The notes: generated by a model not told the origin, from the sequence alone. A stretch of 63,142 bases of DNA, filler included, from Octopus bimaculoides (GCF_001194135.2; 10 parts of 10 records of this genome joined end to end with filler, not necessarily neighbours in it), one strand, 5' to 3'. Counted from the first letter of the whole stretch, positions 27,458 through 39,339 are shown. Program-made: numbers and translations.

Positions 27458-27590
27458 TTAAGGGGGAGAATGTTATGTATATCTATAGTCAGTGTAAATA
27501 ATGAGAAAATATAATGAAGGAAGAGAACTTAGAATGTTATATTCTATAAGAGGATTCGCGTTAGGAAGGGAACTTTAATATATAAATTAA
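27458..27590 (+). repeat. Polypurine tract and start of 3' LTR (truncated)
   Basis: TTAAGGGGGAGAA directly followed by TGTTATG at 27471. The right end is not found before an unrelated repeat and gap. Confidence 0.7.
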
Positions 27591-27609
27591 ACACCGCCTC
27601 TGGCGTGGG

Positions 27610-27752
27610 ATGGATGGTTTAACAGTAGCTGGTAAGGCTGGCAGATGCACCAAGCGCTATTGTCTGCTCTGGATGCCCTTCCTAACGCGAATCATCATAC
27701 AGAATACACTGGATCCTTATTTACATGGCTCCACCGCTTTTACGTGGAAATA

Positions 27753-27755
<3 letters not shown>
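27610..27755 (-). mobile_element. Degenerate fragment of the same RTE-type 3' UTR
   Basis: Contains CTGGATGCCCTTCCTAACGC, shared with the 46.5 kb copy. Confidence 0.5.
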
Positions 27756-27789
<34 letters not shown>

Positions 27790-27981
27790 NNNNNNNNNNN
27801 NNNNNNNNNNNNNNNNNNNNNNNNNNNNNNNNNNNNNNNNNNNNNNNNNNNNNNNNNNNNNNNNNNNNNNNNNNNNNNNNNNNNNNNNNNNNNNNNNNNN
27901 NNNNNNNNNNNNNNNNNNNNNNNNNNNNNNNNNNNNNNNNNNNNNNNNNNNNNNNNNNNNNNNNNNNNNNNNNNNNNNNNN

Positions 27982-28673
27982 AATCGATTATTACTTTTTA
28001 AGATAGGAATATCCCATTCAAAGTGGGGAGGGGCGATTTTGTTGCCTTTCCCATGCGCGAAATTTTACGAAAAACCAGCACAATAAAGATGATTTTTTTC
28101 CAAGTAATGTGGCTGGGTTTGTTTTTCGAAAATTTTAATCAGAGGCACAGAAAAAAAAATAATTTCAATTTTTTGGGCATTAAAAAGCCAAAGCTGTTAG
28201 ACGCTGGCGTACAGCGATCGATATATACGCAGTGAACGTTTTCTCCATTTGTGTGCAATAAGGCTTAGGGCAAGCGGGTGTAACATCGAAACAACTTGAA
28301 AAGAATGCATGTGGGAATGCCGTTATAATGAATGCTCATTTAAATGTATTTTGCATGGAGTTGATGTACTTTTTAAAAGGAGAGGAGTGCCTGCAGGCTG
28401 GTTCTTCTCAAGTTTATGCATCTTCAGGTTCAATGTGTTTCAAATAAGTACTGACAATTGAAGGTGATTGCAAAGACAAAGAACTACCTGTTTTTTTAAA
28501 ACAATTTTAACAGTGAGAACATTGGACAAAATATGTTATTGACATTAATAGTTTGTACCTCAGCTAATTACGGTTGAGAACTGCATAATCCATGTGTCAT
28601 GTTAGAGATCTAAAAGGCATTTTCGAATTTCATTATTTTCTTTAATCCAGGCAACGCTGGATATTTCTGCTAG
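27982..28673 (+). mobile_element. Non-autonomous Helitron-like element (3' end)
   Basis: Hairpin ATCCAG-gcaacg-CTGGAT (28645-28662), then CTAG|T at 28670-28674, which is the canonical Helitron 3' signature. The 5' end runs into a gap. Confidence 0.6.
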
Positions 28674-28719
28674 TAATATATATAATGAAATTAATGAAGA
28701 TTAGGAGAACAGAGTTTTA

Positions 28720-30420
28720 CACACTCATATTTATACAGTTACTCGCACTGTACTTCGCTTGGACCTACGCACGTTTCAGCTGCAAACCGCTACACAGTGC
28801 TAAGTGTGCATCTTGGTGTTAATTGCCGGTGCAACTTCTTTGGGGTCCGTTTGTTACTGTTGTTCGAAGATCATCTGAAGAAAACTATGAGACTGACTAA
28901 CCGGTGCTTTATAGGTGATGGTGTTGATTTAAATATTTGTGTTTCCTCTTGACCTCATGATTATCTCGGACAGTTTGGTATTTATTGCTGGGTTTGGTAT
29001 TAATCTAGGTCAAAGTTATTGTGGGTTCCTACGCATTATATACCGGCTTACCATTCTACTATGTATTTTTATAATTTTTAAGGTATTCAATTACATTTTT
29101 GGTTTATTATTTATGTTTATAGCTATTAATCAATAGGTCTGTAATTTTCTTGTTATATTTAATTAAATATCCTGCTTATAGTTAATTTTATTAAACACAA
29201 TTTTAATCTTCAACTCTAAAAATATTTCTATAGTTTTTTTTATAGAGGTGTTCTCTTAATTCAAGTTCGTTATTTGCTTTAATTTACTTACTTCTAATTC
29301 TAGTAGTTTGTGTAATACGTTTATTTAAACGTCCTAAAAGTATATTTAGACGCATGAACACATTTTATGCGCATTCTAGCCTATCGTTTATAAGTTTAAT
29401 TTTGAGCTAAAAATTCCGTATAACACAAATCACAGCGTTTTCCTCCTCTACTATGCGGTTTAGCTCTTGTAAATATCTCCCAGCAAATTGTATATGCTCT
29501 ATCATTCTCTTTTGCTTATCATTGTCTTTTACTTAAGCTCATATTATCCTTCTTATTTTTATCCCTAAACGATAGTTCATGATCAGCGATTCTACGTTTT
29601 ATGAAGCTAGAACAAGCACTTATCTAGAAATGTGCCTCTCCCTCTGAAATTACTTTGCACCTGTAAACCACATCTTTAATTTTGCAATTTAATTTTCACG
29701 GACATAATCTTTGCTTTGAGCAATCATAATTATTACCTCTACTTAGTTCTCAATTATCTCCTATTTCTTTACTTGATTATTTATATATTTGGCTCATTTA
29801 GTCTAAGTTATTTACACTGTTCTGATTTCTTACCTTCTGTATACTGCTTTCTGTTGTATTGTTTGGCTTAGTACTTGTTATTTCCCTTGCATTCATTCCC
29901 TTGTAGCTATACGTTTGGTCATTAGCTTTATTTTCATTATTTACTTTCCCAGCACTGCACTTTCTAGCATTCCTACCTTTTCTCTTTAGTCCCGTCCTAC
30001 GATTATTATCAGTTACTTCCCTTGTATCGGTTCCTTTATCGCAGCTATTTCTCATTTTATTATATGTAATTATAGCGCTTATTTCATTACTGTTCGATAT
30101 TAAATTAATATTTATGTTCAGGTTATTATTAATACAATTCTCATAGAAATTATTTAATCTCTTCGCGTTCTGTGTTGCAATAATTTGTGCTAGGTTTCTA
30201 CTATTGGAAAATGCTATCATAATTTTGTGCTTGTTAAAAATCCTACAATATGTACTATTTTTGGAAAAATGTTTTTCTACTGCTGAATAGAATAATTCCG
30301 GAATGTTGGAAATAATTTGCTTACTTAAGGGTATAATATACCATTTCTTATTTTCATAAAGTTCATTTTTAGAGAAATTAAAGGTATTTATCTTATTTCT
30401 CTGGTTAGCATATTTGGTCT
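28720..30420 (-). mobile_element. Penelope-like element fragment (post-RT linker, GIY-YIG endonuclease, probable pLTR)
   Basis: Minus-strand KNSTYCRIFNKHKIMIAFSNSRNLAQII, CP..NCKIKDVVYRC, HELSF, WEIFTRAKPHSRGGKRCDLC; many stops. Confidence 0.75.
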
Positions 30421-31046
30421 GCTTTTCATCCTATTTGCTATTTATTTGTGTATTTTTAATAGGCAGGTTTACATATTTATTATCTGCTCCGTTAGGGTAC
30501 TTTCTACTAAAGTTTCTATTAGTATTAGGATTTCTTATTAGTTTATACGGTAACATTTTCTTAAAATCATTATTATTCCTCAATGTATCTGGTATTCTAT
30601 AGTTATTGTCTAATTTTTCACTTTTCCTCAATTTATTTATTCTCATATTATTATTTTTGTCCTCACTATTTCAAAAACCTCTGAAGAGTGTACTTCTCTC
30701 ACGGCTATTATTGCTTTTCTTATCTTCTTTTCCAATATCTATATATGCTGCTCTACTAACTGCTAAACAGTAAAAGTCTTTATTTTGCTTGAAAATTTCT
30801 TCATTAGGTTCATAGTTTCGAAATACATGTAGATACGTTTTCAACTATTTTCCTAAGTTATACTTCTAGGATGATTGCTGTTTCTATTGTATATGTTTGT
30901 GTGTGTGTATACGCACACAAGCTTGAACTTTCAATATGTACGCACACATAGAAGTAAAATAATTGCATATAGAAATGCATACACACACTCGAGCACATAT
31001 ACATACAAACATACATACATATACACTCAAGCACATATACACACAC

Positions 31047-31290
31047 AAACCCTAAATCCTAATTCTAATCAAAACGCCAAATCTACATCTAACTCTAAAC
31101 CCTAATTCTAACCCTAAGCTCCCATCCTAAATCCTAATTCGAACCCCAAATCTGAAAACTACTTACCCAAATTCTAATCTCAAAATCCAACAATATCTTT
31201 AATCGTAAACCCTAATTCAAAGCCTAAACAACAATCCTAAATCCTAATTCGAATCCTAAACCCCAACCTTAAATTTCAGCTCAAAACCTA
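31047..31290. repeat. Degenerate CCCTAA-like hexamer tract
   Basis: Repeated CCCTAA/TCCTAA/TTCTAA units. Confidence 0.65.
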
Positions 31291-31297
31291 AATTTGA

Positions 31298-31324
31298 TAG
31301 ACGGAAAAGGAAAGAAACCCGTCC

Positions 31325-31360
<36 letters not shown>

Positions 31361-31548
31361 TCCTTCACCCATTGCTTGACAACTGATGTTGGTATGTTTA
31401 CGTCCCGTAACTTAGCGGTTCGGCAAAAGAGACCGGTAGAATAATTGCTAGGCTTACAAAAAATAAGTTCTGAGGTCGATTTGTTCGACTAAAGATGGTG
31501 CTTCAACATGGCCGCAATCAAATGACTGAAACAAGTAAAAGAATAAGA
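31298..31548 (+). mobile_element. SINE family B, 3' portion
   Basis: AGACGGAAA..(TG)n..GTAACTTAGCGGTTCGGCAAAAGAGACC..CATGGCCGCAATCAAATGACTGAAAC. Confidence 0.75.
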
Positions 31549-31584
31549 AGGTGAAACCTGTTCTGAAGAAACGGTAAACATTCT

Positions 31585-32990
31585 ATCAAATATTTTCCGC
31601 GAAAAATGCTCTTTATTTAATACACGCTGGCAATGCATTAATATTACAAAAAGGAGGACAATTTTTTTTTTTTTACATACGCTGGAATCGTTAATAGGAA
31701 ATGGAAATGATTCAAAATTAAAAAAAAACTAAAACCACTTCTCATACCAAATTGTATTATGTTTGAATGGTTAATTTTCTTGTAAGGTTTTACGGCAAAG
31801 AAAGATGCAGAAATTCGTAGCCGAATTCTGACTAAATTAGAGCAGAATCACAAGTTAACTCTAAAAGAAATATCCGAGGAATGCCTGAGAATAATAAACC
31901 TAAGACACAATAGGGAACAGATTGAAGTGAAAAATTGCTCTCATTTACAGTCATTGCAAACGAAAGTAAGTAATGAAAAGCAGAAAATTAACTCTCATGT
32001 ACAGTCAGTGTGATTTAAAGTAAGAAATGAAAAGTAGAAAATTAACCCATGTTTTGGGATGTGGAGAATTACACTACAGATTCGACTGGCAAAAATGCTT
32101 CAAGTGCGGTAATATAGATAAAAAATTCACACTACAAAATAACATTTACAAAACGGTTTAACAGAAAAAAATCACGTAATTTGTTTATCAGTGACAAGAA
32201 ATACAAACGGGACTCAAATGAAATTTGTGGATGTAAAAATTAATAACGCGAATGTAAAATTACAGTAAGATGCAGGTAGTGACATTACTTTAATTAATGG
32301 AACTACATGGAAAACTATTGGGAAACCTACGTTACAAGAAACCTCGAAAATTGTACGTGGAGTCTCAGAAATTAAATTAAATTTTAAAGGCGAAACTATC
32401 TGTAACATTAAATTTCGCACTAAGATTATAAAAGCGAAAGCTTATGTATCAAAATCATACAAGCAGCATTTTTATAACTGACTGGATGGAATTGTTCAAC
32501 TTATCGGATTTACCCATAAATAATTATCGTAAAAATGTAATGCGGTCGTGCACCAGTTCTAATTCAGAATCAGAAATATTATTAAAAGAAGTGAAAAAGT
32601 TGTTCGCTGATATTTTTTCGGATGAGTTGGGTTGGTGCAATAAATTTTAAGCCAAATTTCAGGTAAGAGTAAATTCATTACCAGTTTCCAAACCCAAACG
32701 CGATGTATCGTGTGCTGCACTGGAACAAGTGAACAAGGAATTGGACAGACTGGAAGAAATGGGAATGATTGAACATATCGTCTATTCAGATTGGACGTCT
32801 CAAATAATGTATGTAAACAAGAAGAATGATAAAATGTGTGTATGTGCAGATTTCTCGACGTGACTAAACAAATGTTTAAGTTAGTATAACTACTCATGAC
32901 ATAGCCCAGAAGAAATATTCTCGAAACTAAATGGTGATAAATTGTTCTTGAAATGAGATCTTTCTGATGTTTAATTATAAGTCGAAGACG
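31585..32990 (+). mobile_element. Second Gypsy fragment (gag-PR-RT start, conventional order), degenerate
   Basis: KDAEIRSRILTKLEQ (gag); KLQ*DAGSDITLIN (protease); KPKRDV..ALEQVNKELDRLEEMG..SDW..YVNKKNDKMCVCADFS (RT N-terminus). Confidence 0.8.
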
Positions 32991-33029
32991 AATGAGGTAG
33001 ACCATGCCAACTGACAGTGTTGTAATGTG

Positions 33030-33800
33030 GTTGACGGTTGACTGTTCGTGATCCGGTTTGGTCCAGACCTCCATGTGTTCAAGAACTGCCGGGGAGTGAC
33101 GAGCAGGGTGGCCAATTTCACAAAGAAATGGGCAGAGATGAAGTTGTCCCAGAAGGGTCGGGTGGAGATGGCAAATGCATACTTCACTTCCGTCATCTAC
33201 TACAGCCTGACTGTCGTCTCTTTGTGTCTGATCGCGCTGGATGCGTTTGCTCTTCTAATTTGTGTGCAAGGCATGTGTTCCTCTTGTCCGACGGTCCCTC
33301 TTCTGTCAACAGCCATTGAGTGAAGGAGTGGGTATACTGTGACAAATGATGCACAGACATACGCCGAGGCTGCGCTTTCTTAATGGTCAGTGGGTGTGGT
33401 CACCATTTTTCGGGCAGAAGTTTCCACAGCTTGTCCCATTGACGGAGCTGCAGTCCTAGATCGTGCAAAGGCCAAGAAAGGACGATTGGCAAGCACTCAG
33501 AAGTTTCTGCCAGTTAGGCAATGCGGTCGGTAGAAGTTCCACTAAAGGAGATTAGTAGCGGGCAAGAGCGCTGACGTCCTCAGAGAAATTCTGGGCCTCT
33601 GGAGGAATCAGCTAGCTACTCTTTCCTGGAGGGCTTTCGGGCCGGGGTTTGTGGCGATCTTCTAGGAATCCTTGGCTTGGCAGTGCTACTGGGAACCTCT
33701 GCCGCTACAGACACAAAAATGCTGTCAGACAGACGGCTCTGAGGTATGCGGAGGATGACGAAACCGTCCTGCATGCATTTTTCCAGTGTCTATATATTGA
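33030..33800 (+). mobile_element. L1/Tx1-clade LINE ORF2 3' fragment
   Basis: FGPDL..VTSRVANFTKKWAEMKLSQKGRVEMANAYFTSVIYYSL (post-RT region) and ETVLHAFFQC (C-terminal zinc-knuckle-like). Confidence 0.7.
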
Positions 33801-34626
33801 CTGGTGAGATTTCAGCTTAACCATCAGCAATTGAGTAGTATTATGGATGAGCCTGAATTTCATGTGAAATTGGTTGTCCAATCTCAATCCAATGCCCTCA
33901 CTTGCNNNNNNNNNNNNNNNNNNNNNNNNNNNNNNNNNNNNNNNNNNNNTTAATTAATTAANNNNNNNNNNNNNNNNNNNNNNNNNNNNNNNNNNNNNNN
34001 NNNNNATATATATATATATATATATATATATAACACACACACACACACACACACAGAGTCGTACCCATTGCTGAGCCGAGAAATCAAACGCTGCGACGGA
34101 CAATTTATATTTCTGGGATAAATTTTCGCTTGGTCATTAAATCGTGATGGCGTTCATCGTCGCCTGTTGCTGTTCTTGTTGTTGTTGTTGGTGGTGGCTG
34201 TGATATTTGTGGAAGTGCTTGTGTATGAAGTGGTGTAGATACGCGTGGGTGTGCTGTCATTGGCGGCGGAGCCGTCTTTTTTAACGTTTTTGGTATCGCC
34301 TGTGGTGTTGGCGTGTGTTTGCGCGCCGCCGCCGGTGTTGCAGATTATCTGTTTGTAATGGCGGGGATTGTGGCGATAACTGCAAAATTCCCTAATGTTA
34401 TTCACATTATTGGCTGTAGCCCCTAAAGCAACGAGCTGGCAGACTCGTTAGCACTCCGGACAAAATGGGGACTAATGTAGTTTCGACTCTCTCCTTGAAA
34501 AATGCATTTTTTTGAAAAAAATTATTCCGGATTCCTACGCTTTAGATGTCGGAGATAAAGAATTCTATTATTGTTTTATTCTTTTATTTGTTTCAGTCAT
34601 TTGATTGAAACAACGCCGCCTTATTC

Positions 34627-35000
34627 TATCGGGCGCTTGCTTACCAACCACGTGGTTACGGGTTCAGTCCCACTGCCTGGCACCTTGGGCAAGTGTCTTC
34701 TACTATAGCCTCGGGCCGACCAAAGCCTTGTGAGTGGATTTGGTAGACGGAAACTGAAAGAAGCCTGTCGTATATATGTATGTGTGTATATGTTTGTATG
34801 TCTGCGTTTGTCCCCCAACATCGCTTGACAACCGATGCTGGTGTGTTTACGTCCCCGTAACATAGCGGTTCGGCAAAAGAGACCGATAGAATAAGTACTA
34901 GGCTTACAAAGAATAAGTCCTGGGGTCGATTTGCTCGACTAAAGGCGGTGCCCCAGCATGGCCGCAGTCAAAGGACTGAAACAAGTAAAAGACTAAAAGA
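34627..35000 (+). mobile_element. SINE family B (3' part repeated at 35067-35303 across a 10-N gap)
   Basis: Colinear with 37312-37725, lacking the extreme 5' end. Confidence 0.85.
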
Positions 35001-35410
35001 GTATATATGTATGTGTATATATATAATGTAATGTACACACACATATATATGTATGTNNNNNNNNNNAGCCTGTCGTATATATGTATGTGTGTATATGTTT
35101 GTATGTCTGCGTTTGTCCCCCAACATCGCTTGACAACCGATGCTGGTGTGTTTACGTCCCCGTAACATAGCGGTTCGGCAAAAGAGACCGATAGAATAAG
35201 TACTAGGCTTACAAAGAATAAGTCCTGGGGTCGATTTGCTCGACTAAAGGCGGTGCCCCAGCATGGCCGCAGTCAAAGGACTGAAACAAGTAAAAGACTA
35301 AAAGAGTATATATGTATGTGTATATATATAATGTAATGTACACACACATATATATGTATGTATATATATGTATATATGTACACACATATATATGTATGCA
35401 TACATATATG

Positions 35411-35447
<37 letters not shown>

Positions 35448-35819
35448 ATATATATATGTGTGTGGGGGTATGTGGGGGTGTAAATCCGTCTTCCTGTCCG
35501 GAGTTGTGACCAACGATACGCCACACTGGACATCAAAGCCGTCCAGCGGAAAGTCATACAAGTGGGCAGCACTGAGAGTGGGGAAGGTGTATTGTAATGG
35601 AGCGCGGACGAGCCCATAGCCTGCACTTCACCTGCGACCAAATTGTCCATTGTTTCTGCTGTTGTGGTGGCGGTAGTAGTGGTGGTGGTGGTGTTGATAG
35701 TGGTGGCGGTGCCGGGGATGTTAATTGTGTGACTGATGATGATGATGATGGCGATGATGATGATGACAATGATGATGATGATGATGATGAAGATGATGAT
35801 GATGATGATGAGGATATTA

Positions 35820-35944
35820 TTGGCTCGCTGGCAGAATCGTTAGCACGCCGGACGAAATGCCCAGCGGTATTTCGTCCGTCTTTTTACGTTCTGAGTTCAG
35901 ATTCCGCCGGGGGTAGACTTTGCCTTTTGATCCTTTCGGGGGGG
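35820..35944 (+). mobile_element. SINE family A, 5' part running into a gap
   Basis: GCTGGCAGAATCGTTAGCACGCCGG..GAGTTCAGATTCC..TTTGCCTTTTGATCC. Confidence 0.8.
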
Positions 35945-36799
35945 NNNNNNNNNNNNNNNNNNNNNNNNNNNNNNNNNNNNNNNNNNNNNNNNNNNNNNNN
36001 NNNNNNNNNNNNNNNNNNNNNNNNNNNNNNNNNNNNNNNNNNNNNNNNNNNNNNNNNNNNNNNNNNNNNNNNNNNNNNNNNNNNNNNNNNNNNNNNNNNN
36101 NNNNNNNNNNNNNNNNNNNNNNNNNNNNNNNNNNNNNNNNNNNNNNNNNNNNNNNNNNNNNNNNNNNNNNNNNNNNNNNNNNNNNNNNNNNNNNNNNNNN
36201 NNNNNNNNNNNNNNNNNNNNNNNNNNNNNNNNNNNNNNNNNNNNNNNNNNNNNNNNNNNNNNNNNNNNNNNNNNNNNNNNNNNNNNNNNNNNNNNNNNNN
36301 NNNNNNNNNNNNNNNNNNNNNNNNNNNNNNNNNNNNNNNNNNNNNNNNNNNNNNNNNNNNNNNNNNNNNNNNNNNNNNNNNNNNNNNNNNNNNNNNNNNN
36401 NNNNNNNNNNNNNNNNNNNNNNNNNNNNNNNNNNNNNNNNNNNNNNNNNNNNNNNNNNNNNNNNNNNNNNNNNNNNNNNNNNNNNNNNNNNNNNNNNNNN
36501 NNNNNNNNNNNNNNNNNNNNNNNNNNNNNNNNNNNNNNNNNNNNNNNNNNNNNNNNNNNNNNNNNNNNNNNNNNNNNNNNNNNNNNNNNNNNNNNNNNNN
36601 NNNNNNNNNNNNNNNNNNNNNNNNNNNNNNNNNNNNNNNNNNNNNNNNNNNNNNNNNNNNNNNNNNNNNNNNNNNNNNNNNNNNNNNNNNNNNNNNNNNN
36701 NNNNNNNNNNNNNNNNNNNNNNNNNNNNNNNNNNNNNNNNNNNNNNNNNNNNNNNNNNNNCATCATCGTCGTCGTCGTCAGACAGATAGACAGACAGAC

Positions 36800-36842
<43 letters not shown>

Positions 36843-36879
36843 TAGACAGATAGACAGACAGACAGATAGATAGATAGAC

Positions 36880-36930
<51 letters not shown>

Positions 36931-37046
36931 CAGACAGATAGACAGATGGATGGATAGTTGAAATTTATAGAAAAACAAAAGACGAAGACAAGTGTAGGAA
37001 CGACCAAGCAAGTGTATTCGTTTGACGCTCGGGAAAAAATGGAAAA

Positions 37047-37086
37047 GTCCTTTACGTTTCGAGCCTACGCTCTTCAGCAGAAAGAC
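37047..37086 (-). ncRNA. Minimal type-I hammerhead ribozyme motif (Penelope-type, dimer-dependent; core variant)
   Basis: Minus strand GTCTTT-CTGCTGA-A-GAGC-GTAG-GCTC-GAAAC-GTA-AAGGAC: stem I 6 bp with one G.U, stem II 4 bp, ACGU palindromic helix III; A6 replaced by C. Confidence 0.65.
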
Positions 37087-37216
37087 AAAATAAACGGAGA
37101 AACAATGAGAAATGAAAGAGAATGAAAAAAACCTGTAGATTTCAGCGGCCCAGCACGATAGATAGTCAGATAGGTAGATAAATAGAGAGATATAGATAGA
37201 AAGATAGATAGGTAGG

Positions 37217-37262
<46 letters not shown>

Positions 37263-37311
37263 AATACAGAAATACAGAAAGAGAGAACGATTTATATATA
37301 GTATACAGATA

Positions 37312-37725
37312 GGCGTAGGAGTGGCTGTGTGGTAAGTAGCTTGCTTACGAACCACATGGTTCCAGGTTCAGTCCCACTGCGTGGAATCTTGGGCAAGTGT
37401 CTTCTACTATAGCTTCGGGCCGACCAAAGCCTTGTGAGTGGATTTGGTAGACGGAAACTGAAAGAAGCCTGTCGTATACATGTATATGTATATATATATA
37501 TGTATGTGTGTGTCTGTGTTTGTCCCCCACCCAAACATCGCTTGACGACCGATGCTAGTGTATTTACGTACCCGTAACTTAGCGGTTCGGCTAAAGAGAC
37601 CGATAGAATAAATACTAGGCTTACAAAGAATAAGTCCCGGGGTCGATTTGCTCGACTGAAGGCGGTGCTCCAGCATGGCCGCAGTCAAATAACTGAAACA
37701 AGTAAAAGAGTAAAAGAGTAAAGAG
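37312..37725 (+). mobile_element. tRNA-derived SINE family B (CORE-like + (GT)n linker + Meta-like 3' module), full length
   Basis: GGCGTAGGAGTGGCTGTGTGG A-box, GGTTCAGTCCC B-box, TTGGGCAAGTG core, (GTAAAAGA)n tail. Confidence 0.85.
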
Positions 37726-37786
37726 GTAAATCGATAGATAGATAGATAGATAGACAGATGAATAGATCGATCGATAGATAGATAGG

Positions 37787-37835
<49 letters not shown>

Positions 37836-38927
37836 GGGGGAAGAGAGAGAGAGAGAGAGAGTTGGTAGAAAAAGAGAGAGAGACGGAGAGAGAGAGGAGG
37901 GTGGGTGAGAGGGAGAGTGAGGCAATGAGGAAGTGAAAATAAAGGAAAAGAGAGAGAGAAAGAAAGTGAGACAGAAACAATAAGCAGCAGCCACAGCACG
38001 AGAAGCAAAAAGCAGACGACACAAAAACCCCATCGAACACACACACACACACTCTCTCTCTCACACATACACTCTCTCTCTCTCTCACACACACACTCTC
38101 TCTCTCACACACACACTCTCTCTCTCACACACACACACACACGCACAGCGGCACGCTTATATATACATACACAAATGTGTAGATACGTATATATGCGTTT
38201 ATGTGTGTATGTATGCGTATATATCGTGTGCGTGTGTGTGTGAGTGTGGGAGGAGGAGTATGAGAGTTTTCTGTCCCCTCTCTCACTCTCTCTTTTTCAC
38301 GTCTCACTTTTATCTCCTCCCACACACGCCTCTCTTAATCCCACTACCCCTCCTCCTCCTCTCCTTTTATCTTTCCTCCCTCTTCCCCTCCTTTTATCTA
38401 TCTATCTGTCTATCTCTGTGTGTCTGTCCGTCTCACTATCTAGCTATGTATGTGTGTATGTTCAGAGAAAGTGTGTGCGTGTGAGAGAGAGAGAGGGCGA
38501 GAGAGAGAGGGAGGGGTGAGAGAGAGACAGAAGGAGGGCGCAATAGGGAGACAGAAACAGAAAGAGTGAGAAAGAGAAGAGAGAGAGAGAGAGAGAGAGA
38601 AAGCAAGCCACGCTTATATTTATATACATACATAGAGAGAGAGAGTAAGCGAGAATAAAAGAGAGAGAGAGGGAGTGAATGACAGAGAAAGAAAGAGAAA
38701 GTGAGGGAGAGAGAAAGCGAGAGACTTCCACACAAAACACACACACAGAGGCAAGCACACATACGCATATGTAAATGTATGTATATTTGTGCGTGAGAGC
38801 GTGAGTACGTGAGTGTGTGTGTGTATATGTGTGTCTGTGTGTATGTGGCCTCGTATCTTTGTGGGAGTCTATGTATGTATGTATATATATGTATGCATGT
38901 ACGTACGTGCTTTTGAGCATGAATGCG

Positions 38928-38992
<65 letters not shown>

Positions 38993-39079
38993 CATGAAAA
39001 TGTATCCTATTGAATTATATATATATATATAATTATGTGTGCGTGTGTGTTTGTCCCCTCAACACACACACACACACAC

Positions 39080-39110
<31 letters not shown>

Positions 39111-39282
39111 CGTGTGTGTAGGTACGTGTATGCGTGTGTGTGTGTGTGTGTGCGCATATGTATGTATGTGTCTGTGGGAAGGACTGTCTATATTTCTCCA
39201 ACCGTCATTTAACAGTTAAGAGACAGAGAGACAGAGAGAGACAGACAGAGAGAATCGAACACGCACGTACATACACACAGAA

Positions 39283-39339
<57 letters not shown>

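Larger units (their letters stand above)
22079..27590 (+). mobile_element. Ty3/Gypsy LTR retrotransposon, Gmr1-like (gag-PR-INT-RT-RNaseH order), disrupted
   Basis: LTR end TAACA + PBS, gag with CCHC knuckle, DTG protease, HHCC + catalytic integrase placed before the YIDD RT and RNase H, PPT followed by TGTTA. Multiple stops and frameshifts. Confidence 0.93.

Noticed and set aside
34762-35361. 295-bp perfect direct repeat as a recent tandem duplication
   Set aside because: The copies (34762-35056, 35067-35361) abut a 10-N gap, which is typical of unmerged contig overlap.
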